The notes beneath the pieces were generated by a model. It ran no database searches and was not told where the DNA came from. It saw only the letters and a program-made list of their open reading frames with translations. Shown here piece by piece: positions 1 through 10,224 of a stretch of DNA of 44,600 nucleotides. Within the stretch, counting starts at the first letter, position 1, and each line of letters begins with the position of its first letter. The DNA comes from Sphingomonadales bacterium (GTDB lineage: Bacteria > Pseudomonadota > Alphaproteobacteria > Sphingomonadales > Sphingomonadaceae), in contig JAGWUU010000001.1 of NCBI GenBank assembly GCA_028868335.1, positions 1 through 44,600 on the forward strand, in the 5' to 3' direction. A program made the position numbers and the translations under genes.

Positions 1-95
1 GCCGTGCCGATTACCACGATCCCTTCAAGACCGCGGCAGATGTGCTGCATCCGCTCGAGCGCGAGCGGCTCGTCATCGACCACCAGGGTCCTCAT
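1..95 (-). CDS. Response regulator receiver domain, N-terminal part (likely LytTR family), truncated by window edge
   Basis: Manual translation from ATG at 95: MRTLVVDDEPLALERMQHICRGLEGIVVIGT; VVDDEP acidic pocket; directly downstream of a LytS-type kinase. Confidence 0.85.
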   Translation of the reverse strand, partial: MRTLVVDDEPLALERMQHICRGLEGIVVIGT

Positions 96-105
96 GCGCC
101 CGGAA

Positions 106-1386
106 TCAGGCACGGCGATCGAGCGGCAGGGTGATGCGCGCAATCCAGCCGCCTCCGGGTTGCGGGCCGGAGGACAGCGTCGCGGCATCGCCGTAACGTG
201 CTGCCAGCCTGTCGCGGACATTGGCAAGGCCGATGCCGAAGCCGCCACCATCACCTATGCCTTCGCCCCCAGCGCCGTCATCAGCAACCTCGATGACCAA
301 CTGACCCTGCTCCTCCCGCGCGGCGATCCGCACCGTCACCGCGCGTGCAACTGGAGCGACGCCATAACGTACCGAATTCTCGACCAACGGTTGCAGGATC
401 ATGCCGGGCACCCGCGCCTCCGCCAAAGCGGCGGGCAAGTCTATTACCACGAGCAAGCGTTCGGGAAAGCGCACCGCCTCGATTGCCAGGTAATGTTCCT
501 GCTGGGCCATCTCCTGCTCGAGCGGCAGGTCAGCGCCAGGATCCCCGGCCAGACTGTGACGGTAGAAGTTCGAAAGTGTCTGGATCATCCGTTCGGCCGC
601 TTCGCCCTTGCCCGTCATCACCAGGGCCGACAACGAATTGAGCGTGTTGAACAGGAAGTGCGGATTGACCTGATAGCGCAACGACCGCAGCTCGGCCGCC
701 TTGGCCGCGCGCCGGAACGCGCCTTCGCGGCGCTCTGCCATCCGGGCCTGTTCACCATAGACCAGCGCGAAATAGAGTCCTGCCCACGCAAGCAGGAGGA
801 AATAGCGCCCCAGCGCGACGTCCGTAAGCTGGCGCCAGCGAATGTCCCTGCGCGTTTGGGCATCTATGGTCAGCCCGGCCTCGGCCTGCTCTTGTTGGGC
901 GATCGTGGGAATGGCCGGACGGGGCAAGGGAACCACCGGCGGCCGATTCGTCGTTTCGTCCTGAGCTCCGCCGTCGCGGTTGCGGTCTATCGGATCGACC
1001 AGCAGGTTGCCCGATTCGTCGCTGCGGATTCGCAATCCGTCGCGCGCACCGATCTGCGCCGTGGCCTGTTCCTCAACCGCCGCGAAAACCCCCTGGTTGA
1101 TCAGGGCCAGCAGCAACGAGGCGGGAAGCGCGATCAGCAACACGGCCGTCGACTTGAACCACAATGCCCGCGAATCGAGCATGCGCAGCAGGGGCCACAG
1201 CCCGGCGGTCACCACCATCGAAGCAAGGATCACAACCAGCCGCCGCCACAGCAGCGCGTCATGCAGTTCAAGCCCGACCAGCCAGCCGCGCAGCGTGGCG
1301 ATCAAGAAATAGGTCAGCCACATGCCCACGATCGAGGCAAGCACGATGCGCGTTGGCACGCGGGCGGGGCGGGCGGTCTCAACCAT
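106..1386 (-). CDS. LytS/YehU-type membrane sensor histidine kinase
   Basis: ELRSLRYQVNPHFLFNTLN H-box, LQPLVENSVRYG N-box, DDG and GIGLANVRDRL G-boxes; N-terminal TM helices; start placed at ATG 1386 to avoid overlap with the fumarase. Confidence 0.9.
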   Translation of the reverse strand: MVETARPARVPTRIVLASIVGMWLTYFLIATLRGWLVGLELHDALLWRRLVVILASMVVTAGLWPLLRMLDSRALWFKSTAVLLIALPASLLLALINQGVFAAVEEQATAQIGARDGLRIRSDESGNLLVDPIDRNRDGGAQDETTNRPPVVPLPRPAIPTIAQQEQAEAGLTIDAQTRRDIRWRQLTDVALGRYFLLLAWAGLYFALVYGEQARMAERREGAFRRAAKAAELRSLRYQVNPHFLFNTLNSLSALVMTGKGEAAERMIQTLSNFYRHSLAGDPGADLPLEQEMAQQEHYLAIEAVRFPERLLVVIDLPAALAEARVPGMILQPLVENSVRYGVAPVARAVTVRIAAREEQGQLVIEVADDGAGGEGIGDGGGFGIGLANVRDRLAARYGDAATLSSGPQPGGGWIARITLPLDRRA

Positions 1387-1468
1387 TTCAGGACCACGAG
1401 CTAGCCGATTGTCCCCGCTGGGGGCCAGTCGCTTTGTCGAAACGCCTGCATCCTTGGTCGAGTCGGGA

Positions 1469-2992
1469 CTAGCTGGACAGGAGCCCTTCCCTGGCGATCT
1501 TGTCCTTCCAGACCAGCGGAGCGAGTTCGTGGACATTGTTGCCTTCGCTGTCGACAGCGACAGTTACCGGCATATCCTCGACCGTGAATTCGTAGATCGC
1601 TTCCATGCCGAGATCCTCGAACCCGACGACCTTCGATTCCCGAATTGCCCGCGAAACGAGATAAGCCGCGCCGCCCACCGCCATCAGGTAGGCAACCTTG
1701 TGCCGCGCGATTTCCTTGACTGCACCCTGCCCGCGTTCGGCCTTGCCGATCATGGTCAGCAGGCCGAGTTCGAGCATCATGTCGGTGAACTTGTCCATCC
1801 GCGTCGCGGTGGTTGGGCCGGCGGGCCCCACCACTTCGCCCATTACCGGATCGACCGGGCCGACATAGTAGATCGCCCTGCCCCTGAAATCGACCGGCAG
1901 CGGTTCACCCTTGGCGAGCATGTCCTGGATGCGCTTGTGCGCCGCATCGCGCCCGGTCAGCATCTTGCCGTTGAGCAGCAGACGGTCGCCCTGCTTCCAG
2001 CTCCGCACCTCTTCGGGCGTGAGCCTATCGAGGTCGACCCGTTTTGCCGCCTTGTCGGGCGTCCAGTGAACATCGGGCCACTCATCCAGCTTGGGCGTTT
2101 CGAGGAAGCTTGGCCCCGAGCCATCGAGCGTGAAGTGGGCGTGGCGCGTCGCCGCGCAGTTGGGGATCATCGCCACTGGCTTGCCCGCGGCATGGCACGG
2201 CCAATCGTAGATCTTGACGTCGAGAATCGTCGATAGCCCGCCCAGCCCCTGCGCGCCGATGCCCAGCGCGTTGACCTTGTCGAAGATCTCGATCCGCATC
2301 GCTTCAATGTCGGTCTGGGGGCCGCGCGCCTTGAGCTGAGCCATGTCGATCGGCTCCATCAGGCTCTGCTTGGCGAGCAGCACCGCATGTTCCGCCGTGC
2401 CGCCGATGCCAATCCCCAGCATTCCCGGCGGGCACCATCCGGCGCCCATCTGCGGCAGCATTTCCAGCACCCATTCGACGATGTTGTCGCTGGGGTTCAT
2501 CATCTTGAACTTGGACTTGTTCTCGCTCCCGCCGCCCTTGGCGGCGACATCGACCGAGATGGTCTTGCCCGGAACCATGTCGACATGGAGCACGCAGGGC
2601 GTGTTGTCCCTGGTGTTGCGCCGGGTGAACGCCGGATCGGCCAGAACCGAGGCGCGCAGCTTGTTCTGCGGGTCGAGGTAGGCGCGGCGTACCCCTTCAT
2701 CGACTACGTCCTGCAACGAACGCTCCGACCCCAGCCGGCAATCCTGCCCCCACTTGATGAAGACATTGACGATGCCCGTGTCCTGGCAGATCGGGCGATG
2801 GCCCTCGGCGCACATCCGGCTGTTGGTGAGGATCTGGGCGATCGCGTCCCTGGCTGCCGGCCCTTGCTCGGCCTCGTAGGCGTCGCCCAGCGCGCGGATA
2901 TAGTCCATCGGGTGGAAATAGCTGATGTACTGCAGCGCGTCGGCTACGCTTTCGATGAGGTCATCCTCGCGGATCGTCACCATGGCGGTCAT
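1469..2992 (-). CDS. fumA: Class I (Fe-S) fumarate hydratase
   Basis: PICQDTG, KGGGSEN, GWCPP, GRDAAH and GPTTATRMD motifs. Confidence 0.93.
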   Translation of the reverse strand: MTAMVTIREDDLIESVADALQYISYFHPMDYIRALGDAYEAEQGPAARDAIAQILTNSRMCAEGHRPICQDTGIVNVFIKWGQDCRLGSERSLQDVVDEGVRRAYLDPQNKLRASVLADPAFTRRNTRDNTPCVLHVDMVPGKTISVDVAAKGGGSENKSKFKMMNPSDNIVEWVLEMLPQMGAGWCPPGMLGIGIGGTAEHAVLLAKQSLMEPIDMAQLKARGPQTDIEAMRIEIFDKVNALGIGAQGLGGLSTILDVKIYDWPCHAAGKPVAMIPNCAATRHAHFTLDGSGPSFLETPKLDEWPDVHWTPDKAAKRVDLDRLTPEEVRSWKQGDRLLLNGKMLTGRDAAHKRIQDMLAKGEPLPVDFRGRAIYYVGPVDPVMGEVVGPAGPTTATRMDKFTDMMLELGLLTMIGKAERGQGAVKEIARHKVAYLMAVGGAAYLVSRAIRESKVVGFEDLGMEAIYEFTVEDMPVTVAVDSEGNNVHELAPLVWKDKIAREGLLSS

Positions 2993-3110
2993 CGCTCAAC
3001 TCCTGTGCTGCAAGCTGCTGGTCGCGCCCCCCTTAAGACCGCGCAGCCCCCCCGTCAAAGCGCTTGGCGCAGGGCCACCCTTCGCCTAGTAAAGCAACGG
3101 ATTGCCCTGC

Positions 3111-3132
3111 TGTATTATTCGTGCAATACGGC
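3111..3132. promoter_or_regulatory. Imperfect palindromic operator GTATTAT-N4-GCAATAC upstream of pcm-tolC-popZ
   Basis: AT-rich inverted repeat ~20 nt before the pcm ATG; 18/22 identical to 44167-44188. Confidence 0.6.
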
Positions 3133-3150
3133 GCGGCCAGAGGAATCACG

Positions 3151-3744
3151 ATGACCCTTACCGCCGAACGCACCAATTTTTCCGTTGCCCGCAAGGCCAT
3201 GATCGACAGTCAGCTTCGTGTCAGCGGCGTCAACGAGGAGCGGCTGCTGACCGCCTTCGCTTCTGTCGCCCGGGAAGACTTCGTACCTGCCGAACAGCGT
3301 GGCCATGCCTATATCGACCGCTCGATCCCGCTGGGCAACGGCAGCTCGCTTCCGGCCCCGCTGGTTCAGGGGCGGTTGCTCGGTGAAGCTGCGCCGACCA
3401 AAAAGGATCGTGTCCTGGTGGTTAGCTGCGGCAGCGATTACCTCGCCGCGCTGGTGCAGCCGCTGGTGGCGTCGGTCGATGTCATTCCCGCCGCTGCAGC
3501 CGTCACCATCGTCAAGGGCAGCTACGACCTGATCCTGATCGACGGTGCGATCGAGCGGCTTCCCGCAGCCCTTGCCGACGCGCTTGAGGAGGGCGGGCGC
3601 ATCGTAACCGGCCTGGTTGAACGTGGCGCGACCCGGCTTGCAGCCGGACGCAAGGTTCGCGGTGAGGTAGCCCTTTTCCCGCTGGCCGACATCGGGATGC
3701 CGGTCCTGACCGAATTCGCCGCCCCCAAGAGTTGGAGCTTCTGA
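3151..3744 (+). CDS. pcm: Protein-L-isoaspartate O-methyltransferase family protein
   Basis: ARKAMIDSQLR, REDFVP..AYIDR, YDLILIDGA motifs; AGAGG RBS; pcm-tolC-popZ synteny. Confidence 0.85.
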   Translation: MTLTAERTNFSVARKAMIDSQLRVSGVNEERLLTAFASVAREDFVPAEQRGHAYIDRSIPLGNGSSLPAPLVQGRLLGEAAPTKKDRVLVVSCGSDYLAALVQPLVASVDVIPAAAAVTIVKGSYDLILIDGAIERLPAALADALEEGGRIVTGLVERGATRLAAGRKVRGEVALFPLADIGMPVLTEFAAPKSWSF

Positions 3745-3746
3745 TC

Positions 3747-5174
3747 GTGCGGGCGTCGCGAATTGCCCTGCTGGTCGGGGCCGCATTGCTTGCGAATCCG
3801 GTGCTGGCCGATGATCTGCGCGGCGCGCTGACCATGGCCTACAACTCCAACCCGACCTTGCAGGCCGCCCGCGCCCAGCAGCGGGCGGTGGATGAAGGCG
3901 TGCCGATCGCGCGTTCGGCCTCGTTGCCATCGGTTAGCGGCAGCGCTGCCTATACCGAGTTCCTTCACAACAGCGCGTCGAGCCCGCTCGCGCCGGATCG
4001 CAATTTCGACCTCAGCGTCAGCGCCGGGGTGCCGATCTACGCTGGCGGCGCGATCAAGAATTCCATCCGCGCGGCGCGCACGCGGGTCACTGCCGGACAG
4101 GCCGACCTTCGCGCGACCGAATCGGGCGTGTTCAGCCAGGTCGTTGCGGCCTATATGGACGTGATCCTGAGCCAGGCGGTCGTCGGCCTCAACGCCAGCA
4201 ACGTCAAACAGCTCGACGTCAACCTCCAGGCCACACGCGATCGCTTTGAAATCGGCGACCTCACCCGCACCGACGTCGCCCAGTCGCAGTCGCGCCTGGC
4301 TCTGGCTCGCGGCCAGACCCGTTCGGCCGAGGCCAACCTGATCGCGGCCCGCGAACGCTACATCCAGGTCGTCGGCAAGGCGCCCGAGGCGCTGCAGGCG
4401 CCTCCGCCGCTGCCCGGCCTGCCCGCCTCGGCTGACGAAGCGGTGCAGATCGCTCTGGACGACAACCCCGACCTGATCGCCGCGCGTGAACGGAGCAAGG
4501 CCGCCGCGTTCGATACCCAGGTTGCCGGATCGGGCCGCCTGCCGACTGTGAGCGTGTTTACCGGGGCGGATCGTTCTGACTATCTCGGCTCGAACAATCT
4601 TGCTGGTGCGGTCCAGGCGACCACTACTGCCCAAGCCGGAATCCGCGCTACCATACCACTGTTCCAGGGCGGACTGCCCGCCGCGCAGCACCGCCAGGCC
4701 CAGGCTCGCGAAGGCGCTGTACTCGAACAGGAAATCGGTATCGAGCGTGAGGTTATCGCGGCGACCAGATCCGCCTTCGCAAGCTGGCAGGCAGCCCAGG
4801 CGCTGATAACATCCTCGCAGACCGCGGTGGACGCGGCGGCCCTCAGCCTTGAGGGCGTGCGCGCGGAGAACACCGTGGGCAACCGCACGATCCTCGACAT
4901 CCTCAATGCCGAGCAGGAATCGCTCAACGCGCAGGTCCAGCTCGTCACGGCACAGCGCAACGCCTATGTGGCCGGGTTCAATCTGCTGTCGGCGATGGGC
5001 AAGGCCGAGGCGCGCGATCTTGGGCTTGATGGTGGCGCGCTCTATGATCCGAACGTCAACTACAACCGCGTGAAGAACACTGTTTGGGACTGGGCCAGGG
5101 ATCCCGCACCCAAACCCCACGCGACACGGACCGTTGACACAAAGGCCCAGGACGGTTCAGTACCTGCGCAGTGA
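3747..5174 (+). CDS. tolC: TolC family outer-membrane efflux channel
   Basis: Signal peptide, duplicated OEP repeats (RFEIGDLTRTDVAQ; VGNRTILDILNAEQE); probable GTG start at 3747. Confidence 0.92.
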   Translation: MRASRIALLVGAALLANPVLADDLRGALTMAYNSNPTLQAARAQQRAVDEGVPIARSASLPSVSGSAAYTEFLHNSASSPLAPDRNFDLSVSAGVPIYAGGAIKNSIRAARTRVTAGQADLRATESGVFSQVVAAYMDVILSQAVVGLNASNVKQLDVNLQATRDRFEIGDLTRTDVAQSQSRLALARGQTRSAEANLIAARERYIQVVGKAPEALQAPPPLPGLPASADEAVQIALDDNPDLIAARERSKAAAFDTQVAGSGRLPTVSVFTGADRSDYLGSNNLAGAVQATTTAQAGIRATIPLFQGGLPAAQHRQAQAREGAVLEQEIGIEREVIAATRSAFASWQAAQALITSSQTAVDAAALSLEGVRAENTVGNRTILDILNAEQESLNAQVQLVTAQRNAYVAGFNLLSAMGKAEARDLGLDGGALYDPNVNYNRVKNTVWDWARDPAPKPHATRTVDTKAQDGSVPAQ

Positions 5175-5212
5175 ATCAGTCCCGCTATGGGACAGCCAGG
5201 AGTACAGGGGCG

Positions 5213-5674
5213 ATGCGCCAGGCTGGAGAACCCTCGGTCGAGGAAATCCTCGAATCGATCAAGAAAGTGATCGCGCGCGATAATCGCGCCGGTGCCGCCG
5301 AAGAACGTCGCGAACGCGAGGAACGGGGGCTACCCCGTACATTCGTTGCCGACGATTCGGATGAGGAAGTACTCGATCTGGCGGCTGAAGCTGAATTGGT
5401 CGAAATCGACGAGGAGGTTGAGCCGGAAACCGATTCGCCGTTGCTCAACGACGACGCCGCCAGTTCAATGCGCGATTCGCTGACCGCGCTGGCCATGCTG
5501 GCCGAACCACCTGCACCGCCGCAGATCGTGCGTTCGGGCGAAACCTCGCTTGAAGGACTGACCCGCGAACTGCTGCGCCCGGCGTTGGCCGACTGGCTCG
5601 ACAAGAACCTGCCGCCGTTGGTCGAACGCATGGTCGCCGCCGAAATTGCGCGGATCGTCGGCAAGAAGGGCTGA
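5213..5674 (+). CDS. popZ: Polar organizing protein PopZ-like (DUF2497)
   Basis: N-terminal EPSVEEILESIKKVI helix, acidic linker, C-terminal LRPALADWLDKNLPPLVERMVAAEIARI; follows tolC. Confidence 0.88.
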   Translation: MRQAGEPSVEEILESIKKVIARDNRAGAAEERREREERGLPRTFVADDSDEEVLDLAAEAELVEIDEEVEPETDSPLLNDDAASSMRDSLTALAMLAEPPAPPQIVRSGETSLEGLTRELLRPALADWLDKNLPPLVERMVAAEIARIVGKKG

Positions 5675-5749
5675 GCAAGGCTTCGGTCGCTCGAAGCTCA
5701 CGTTACATTATTGCTTGGGGCTTTTTGATTATGCCGTTAGCCTGACGGC

Positions 5750-7849
5750 ATGATCAGAACTTCGATTGCGCTCAGCGCTTTGGCCCTGGCCCTTTCCGCC
5801 GCTCCCGCCGTCGCCCAGTCGCCAGCGCGGGCGATGACGGTGCAGGATCTTCTCACCCTCAAGCGAGTCGCGGCACCGGTCGTTTCGCCAGACGGCAAAT
5901 GGGTCGTCTGGCAGCAGACCGATACCGACCCCGCCAGTTACAAGCGCCGCACCGGCCTGTGGCGCGTGGCAAGCAAGGGCGGCACCGCCGAACGGATCGC
6001 CGACATTGCCGATGCGGGAGAGAGTGCGCCCGCCTTCAGCCCGGACGGCAAGCACCTGTGGTTCATTTCTGACAAGTCGGGCAAGGACCAGCTCTGGTCG
6101 CTCGATCTTGCCGTCGCCGGAGCCACTCCCACGCAGGCAAGCGATTTCAAGGCCGATGTCGCGGGCTTCAGTCTCTCCCCCGATGGCAGGCGCGTGATCG
6201 CCTGGGGCGATGTCGCCCGCGATTGTCCGACGCTGGGTTGCGACGCCAGCGGCGACACCAGCCAGCCGGGGCCGGGAACAGGGCGGCTGTACAAGGACGG
6301 CGCGGGCTTCGTCCGCCACTGGGACCAGTGGGAAACCCCGGGCAACTACAGCCGCGCCTTCGCCTTCACGCTGGGCACGGACGGCAAGCTGGGGAGCGAG
6401 GCCGTGGCGCTCGACGGGCCGCCCGGAACATTGACCGGTGACACTCCGACCAAGCCTTTCGGCGGGGCCGAGGAAATTGCATGGGCACCGGATTCCAAGG
6501 GCGCCTACTTCGTCGCCCGGCAGGCCGACCGCAATGAGCCGCGATCAACCAACACCGACATCTGGCACTCGGCGCTCGACGGCGGTGCCCCACACAATCT
6601 CACCGCCGAAAACAAGGCCAGCGACACTCTTCCGGCGCCGTCGCCGGACGGACAGTGGCTCGCCTGGGCCGCCATGGCGCGCCCCGGCTACGAGGCCGAC
6701 CGGCTGGTGGTCCAGTTGACCAACCTAAGGACCGGCGAACACCGGCCTCTTGCGCAAGGATGGGACCGCTCGGTTGGCTCGATCGCCTGGACGCCGGATT
6801 CGAAAGCGCTGATCGTCACCGCCGAGGACGTGCTCGACAACCCCGCCTTCCGCATTGACCTGCCCAGCGGCAAGGTCACCCGGCTCAAACTCGCGCCCAA
6901 GGGGCTGACCGAGGGACACATTGGCGGCGTGACGCCATTGAAGGATGGAAGCATCCTCTTCACCCGCGATTCCAGCGCAAACCCTGCCGAGGTCTATATC
7001 GCCGCCAAAGGCAAGCCCGGCATCGAGCTGAGCCACGCCAACGACGCGCAGCTCGCCGGGCTGGTACCTCTCAACTCCACCCGGTTCAGCTTCACCGGGG
7101 CGAATGGCGACACCGTCTGGGGCATGATCCACAAGCCAGCCAACGCCGCAGGCAAGCTGCCAGTGCTGTTCTTCGTCCACGGCGGACCCCAGGGCAGCTT
7201 CAACGATTCGTGGTCATTCCGGTGGAACCCGCGGGTCTTTGCCAGCCAGGACTATGCCGTAGTCTCCGTCGATTTCCATGGCAGCACCGGATACGGCCAG
7301 GCCTTCACCGATGCGATCAACCGCAACTGGGGCGGCGGGCCGCTGGAGGACCTGCAAAAGGGCCTCGCCGCCGCCACTGCGCGCGACGCCGCGCTCGATG
7401 GCGGCAACGCCTGCGCCCTGGGCGCGAGCTATGGCGGCTACATGATGAACTGGATCGAGGGCCAGTGGCCGGATCGCTTCAAGTGCATTGTCCAGCATGA
7501 CGGCGTGTTCGATGCCCGCGCGATGGCCTACGAAACCGAAGAGCTGTGGTTCGACGAGTGGGAACACGGCAGCCACACCTATTACGATGCGCCCGGCGAA
7601 TTCGAGAAGTGGAACCCGGTGAACTTCGTTGCGAAGTGGAAAACGCCGATGCTGGTGATCACCAGCGAGAAGGACTTCCGCATCCCCTATACCCAGGGCC
7701 TGGCCACCTTCACCGCGCTGCAAAGCAAGGGCATTCCAAGCGAACTGCTGGTCTTCCCGGATGAAAACCACTGGGTGCTGAAACCGAAGAACTCGCTGCA
7801 ATGGCACCAGACGGTGATGGACTGGCTCAATCGCTGGCTGCGCAAGTGA
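5750..7849 (+). CDS. Exported S9 family (prolyl oligopeptidase clan) peptidase
   Basis: Signal peptide, SPDG beta-propeller repeats, HGGPQ, nucleophile GASYGG, Asp in EKDFRI, His in DENHW. Confidence 0.92.
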   Translation: MIRTSIALSALALALSAAPAVAQSPARAMTVQDLLTLKRVAAPVVSPDGKWVVWQQTDTDPASYKRRTGLWRVASKGGTAERIADIADAGESAPAFSPDGKHLWFISDKSGKDQLWSLDLAVAGATPTQASDFKADVAGFSLSPDGRRVIAWGDVARDCPTLGCDASGDTSQPGPGTGRLYKDGAGFVRHWDQWETPGNYSRAFAFTLGTDGKLGSEAVALDGPPGTLTGDTPTKPFGGAEEIAWAPDSKGAYFVARQADRNEPRSTNTDIWHSALDGGAPHNLTAENKASDTLPAPSPDGQWLAWAAMARPGYEADRLVVQLTNLRTGEHRPLAQGWDRSVGSIAWTPDSKALIVTAEDVLDNPAFRIDLPSGKVTRLKLAPKGLTEGHIGGVTPLKDGSILFTRDSSANPAEVYIAAKGKPGIELSHANDAQLAGLVPLNSTRFSFTGANGDTVWGMIHKPANAAGKLPVLFFVHGGPQGSFNDSWSFRWNPRVFASQDYAVVSVDFHGSTGYGQAFTDAINRNWGGGPLEDLQKGLAAATARDAALDGGNACALGASYGGYMMNWIEGQWPDRFKCIVQHDGVFDARAMAYETEELWFDEWEHGSHTYYDAPGEFEKWNPVNFVAKWKTPMLVITSEKDFRIPYTQGLATFTALQSKGIPSELLVFPDENHWVLKPKNSLQWHQTVMDWLNRWLRK

Positions 7850-8211
7850 GCGCCAACGCGGATGACGTTTCCCGGGCGCGCGCAGCCTTGCGGCTGATCG
7901 CGCCCACCGGCGTCACCCGGCAGATCTTCCTCTGCGCCGAATCCGAAAAGGCATCGTGCTGCACGCGCGACGTTGGTACGCCTGCGTGGAAATACCTCAA
8001 GAAGCGCTTCAACGAACTCAAACTGGCCCGGGAAGGCATGGCCCGGACGAAGGCCGATTGCCTGCGCATATGCACCGCCGGTCCGATCGCCGTGGTCTGG
8101 CCCGATGGGGTGTGGTATCATTCCTGCACGGAGCCCGTACTCGAACGGATCATCCAGGAGCACTTGATCGGCGGCGTTCCGGTGGAGGAATTCCGGCTCT
8201 ATCCCGGTTGA
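7846..8211 (+). CDS. Thioredoxin-like [2Fe-2S] ferredoxin
   Basis: [23 protein letters not shown] and IIQEHLIGG motifs; GTG start overlaps upstream stop (GTGA). Confidence 0.85.
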   Translation: MSANADDVSRARAALRLIAPTGVTRQIFLCAESEKASCCTRDVGTPAWKYLKKRFNELKLAREGMARTKADCLRICTAGPIAVVWPDGVWYHSCTEPVLERIIQEHLIGGVPVEEFRLYPG

Positions 8212-8504
8212 TCGTCCTCGGGTTCGAAATCGCGCACGACTTCATCGTGCCCACTGCCGCTGGACAGGAACACCAGGCTCATCAACGCTCCAGTCATCAT
8301 GACGGTGCAGGCGATCCCTAGCGCTACGGCGATATAGAAGTGGATCGAGATCAGCCCGAAGTCTTGCCAGAACCAAGCCATGACGACGGCGGCAATCAGT
8401 GCCGAAGCCACGGCCCACCAGCGCATCATGCGGCGGAATCGCGCCCAGGCAAAAGCGGACGTTTCGGATTCGTCGAGCGGGGAACGGACCATCTCACCGG
8501 CCAT
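8199..8504 (-). CDS. Small two-TM membrane protein, hypothetical
   Basis: Two hydrophobic helices ending [15 protein letters not shown]; start uncertain (8504 or 8492). Confidence 0.7.
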   Translation of the reverse strand: MAGEMVRSPLDESETSAFAWARFRRMMRWWAVASALIAAVVMAWFWQDFGLISIHFYIAVALGIACTVMMTGALMSLVFLSSGSGHDEVVRDFEPEDDQPG

Positions 8505-8593
8505 GCGCGCGCCGATGCGCGGAGGCAAGCCCCGGACTCGCCAAGGCCCGCCGTTCATGGCATCATCGCCTGCAAACAAGCAGGAGAGCGACC

Positions 8594-9022
8594 ATGACGA
8601 TTGCGCGGCTGATAGAGGGACGTAGTGCCGGCATCATCAGTTGCGACGTTTCAACCACCGTTGGCGAAGCCGTGCGGATCCTCGCCGAGCGGCGTATCGG
8701 CGCGCTCCCGGTGATGAAGGACGGGCAGGTTGCCGGGATCTTTTCCGAACGCGACGTAGTCTATCGCCTCGCCGCCGATGGGCCTGCCATGCTGGACAAG
8801 ACCGTGGGTGAGGTAATGACCGCGCCAGCGATCACGGTCGACCCGCAAAGCGGCGTTCTGGATGCCCTGGGGCTGATGACCCGTCGGCGCATCCGCCACC
8901 TTCCGGTGGTCCACGGCGAGACACTTGCCGGATTCGTCTCGATCGGCGACCTGGTGAAATACCGCATCGATCATATCGTTGCCGAGGCGGAAGCAATGCG
9001 GAACTATATCCAGAGCACGTGA
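8594..9022 (+). CDS. CBS domain pair protein
   Basis: IGALPV..GIFSERD and RIRHLPVV..GFVSIGDLVK; GGAGAG RBS. Confidence 0.9.
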   Translation: MTIARLIEGRSAGIISCDVSTTVGEAVRILAERRIGALPVMKDGQVAGIFSERDVVYRLAADGPAMLDKTVGEVMTAPAITVDPQSGVLDALGLMTRRRIRHLPVVHGETLAGFVSIGDLVKYRIDHIVAEAEAMRNYIQST

Positions 9023-9064
9023 GGCGCGCTTGTCGCGGGCGGGCAGAGCGCCTACATCGCGGGG

Positions 9065-9397
9065 ATGGATGCCACGACCATGACATTGAGCCCCGCCGCT
9101 GCCGCGCGCGTGGCGATCATTGCCAACAAGCAGGGCAAACCCGCGATCCTGCGCCTGTCGGTGGAAGGTGGGGGTTGCTCCGGCTTCCAGTACAAGTTCG
9201 GGCTGTCCGATGCACCGGCGGGGGATGACCTGATCGTCGAAACCGACGGCGTTACGCTGGTCGTCGATCCGGTCAGCCTCGATCTCGTCGCGGGCAGCAC
9301 GGTGGACTATGTCGAATCGCTGGGTGGATCGGCCTTTCAGGTGACCAATCCCAACGCCGCCAGTGGTTGCGGTTGCGGCTCGAGCTTCTCGATCTGA
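9065..9397 (+). CDS. erpA: A-type Fe-S carrier (ErpA/IscA/HesB family)
   Basis: GGCSGFQY and NPNAASGCGCGSSF motifs; erpA-xth synteny. Confidence 0.88.
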   Translation: MDATTMTLSPAAAARVAIIANKQGKPAILRLSVEGGGCSGFQYKFGLSDAPAGDDLIVETDGVTLVVDPVSLDLVAGSTVDYVESLGGSAFQVTNPNAASGCGCGSSFSI

Positions 9398-10170
9398 TGA
9401 AGATCGCCACCTTCAACATCAACGGGATCAAGGCGCGGCTGCCGCGGCTGCTGGAATGGCTGGAGGAGACTCGCCCGGCCGTCGCCTGCCTTCAGGAGAT
9501 CAAGACCCAGGACGAGGGCTTTCCCGCCGCCGATTTCGACAAGATCGGCTACCATGCCATCTGGCACGGCCAGAAGAGCTTCAACGGCGTGGCGATCCTG
9601 GCCGACGGCACCACGCCCGTCGAGATACAGCGAGGGTTGCCGGGCGAGGACGAGGACGATCACGCCCGCTACCTTGAGGCCGAGGTGTTCGACACCCGCA
9701 TTGCCTGTATCTACCTGCCCAACGGCAATCCCCAACCGGGACCCAAGTTCGACTACAAGCTGCGCTGGATGGAGCGGCTGCGTGCGCGCATGCGGGAGAT
9801 CGCGGCGGCGGAAGTGCCATCGATCGTTCTCGGCGATTACAACGTCATCCCTACCGACCGCGACGTGTGGGCGCCCAAGGCCATGGCCGACGACGCGCTG
9901 ATGCAACCCGAAGCGCGCGACGCCTATGCCCGCCTGCTGGGCGATGGCTGGACCGACGCGCTCGCGACCCACAATCCCCAGGGCGGAGCCTGGACATTCT
10001 GGGACTATCAGGCCGGGGCGTGGCAGCGCGATCATGGCTTCCGCATCGACCACGCGCTACTCTCGCCCGAGCTGGCCGACCGTCTGGTCGCGTGCGGGGT
10101 CGACAAGGAATACCGGGGCCGCGAGAAGGCGAGCGATCACACGCCGGTATGGTGCGAATTCCGCAGATAG
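9397..10170 (+). CDS. xth: Exodeoxyribonuclease III
   Basis: MKIATFNINGI, CLQEIK, YLPNG, GDYN, RIDH, SDHTP motifs. Confidence 0.95.
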   Translation: MKIATFNINGIKARLPRLLEWLEETRPAVACLQEIKTQDEGFPAADFDKIGYHAIWHGQKSFNGVAILADGTTPVEIQRGLPGEDEDDHARYLEAEVFDTRIACIYLPNGNPQPGPKFDYKLRWMERLRARMREIAAAEVPSIVLGDYNVIPTDRDVWAPKAMADDALMQPEARDAYARLLGDGWTDALATHNPQGGAWTFWDYQAGAWQRDHGFRIDHALLSPELADRLVACGVDKEYRGREKASDHTPVWCEFRR

Positions 10171-10173
10171 CAA

Positions 10174-10201
10174 AAGGGCGGATCCATCAGGACCCGCCCT
10201 T
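10174..10201. terminator. Hairpin between convergent xth and cell-wall hydrolase genes
   Basis: AAGGGCGGATCC-ATCA-GGACCCGCCCTT with an A-run on the left (U-tail on the minus strand). Confidence 0.7.
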
Positions 10202-10224
10202 GCATTCCGGCTGAACCGAATGTC

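Noticed and set aside
4-1404. 466-aa plus-strand ORF, and similar long ORFs at 3522-5120, 16172-17587, 17719-19671 and 40556-42535
   Set aside because: Antisense shadows of well-supported genes; expected in high-GC DNA and without recognisable motifs
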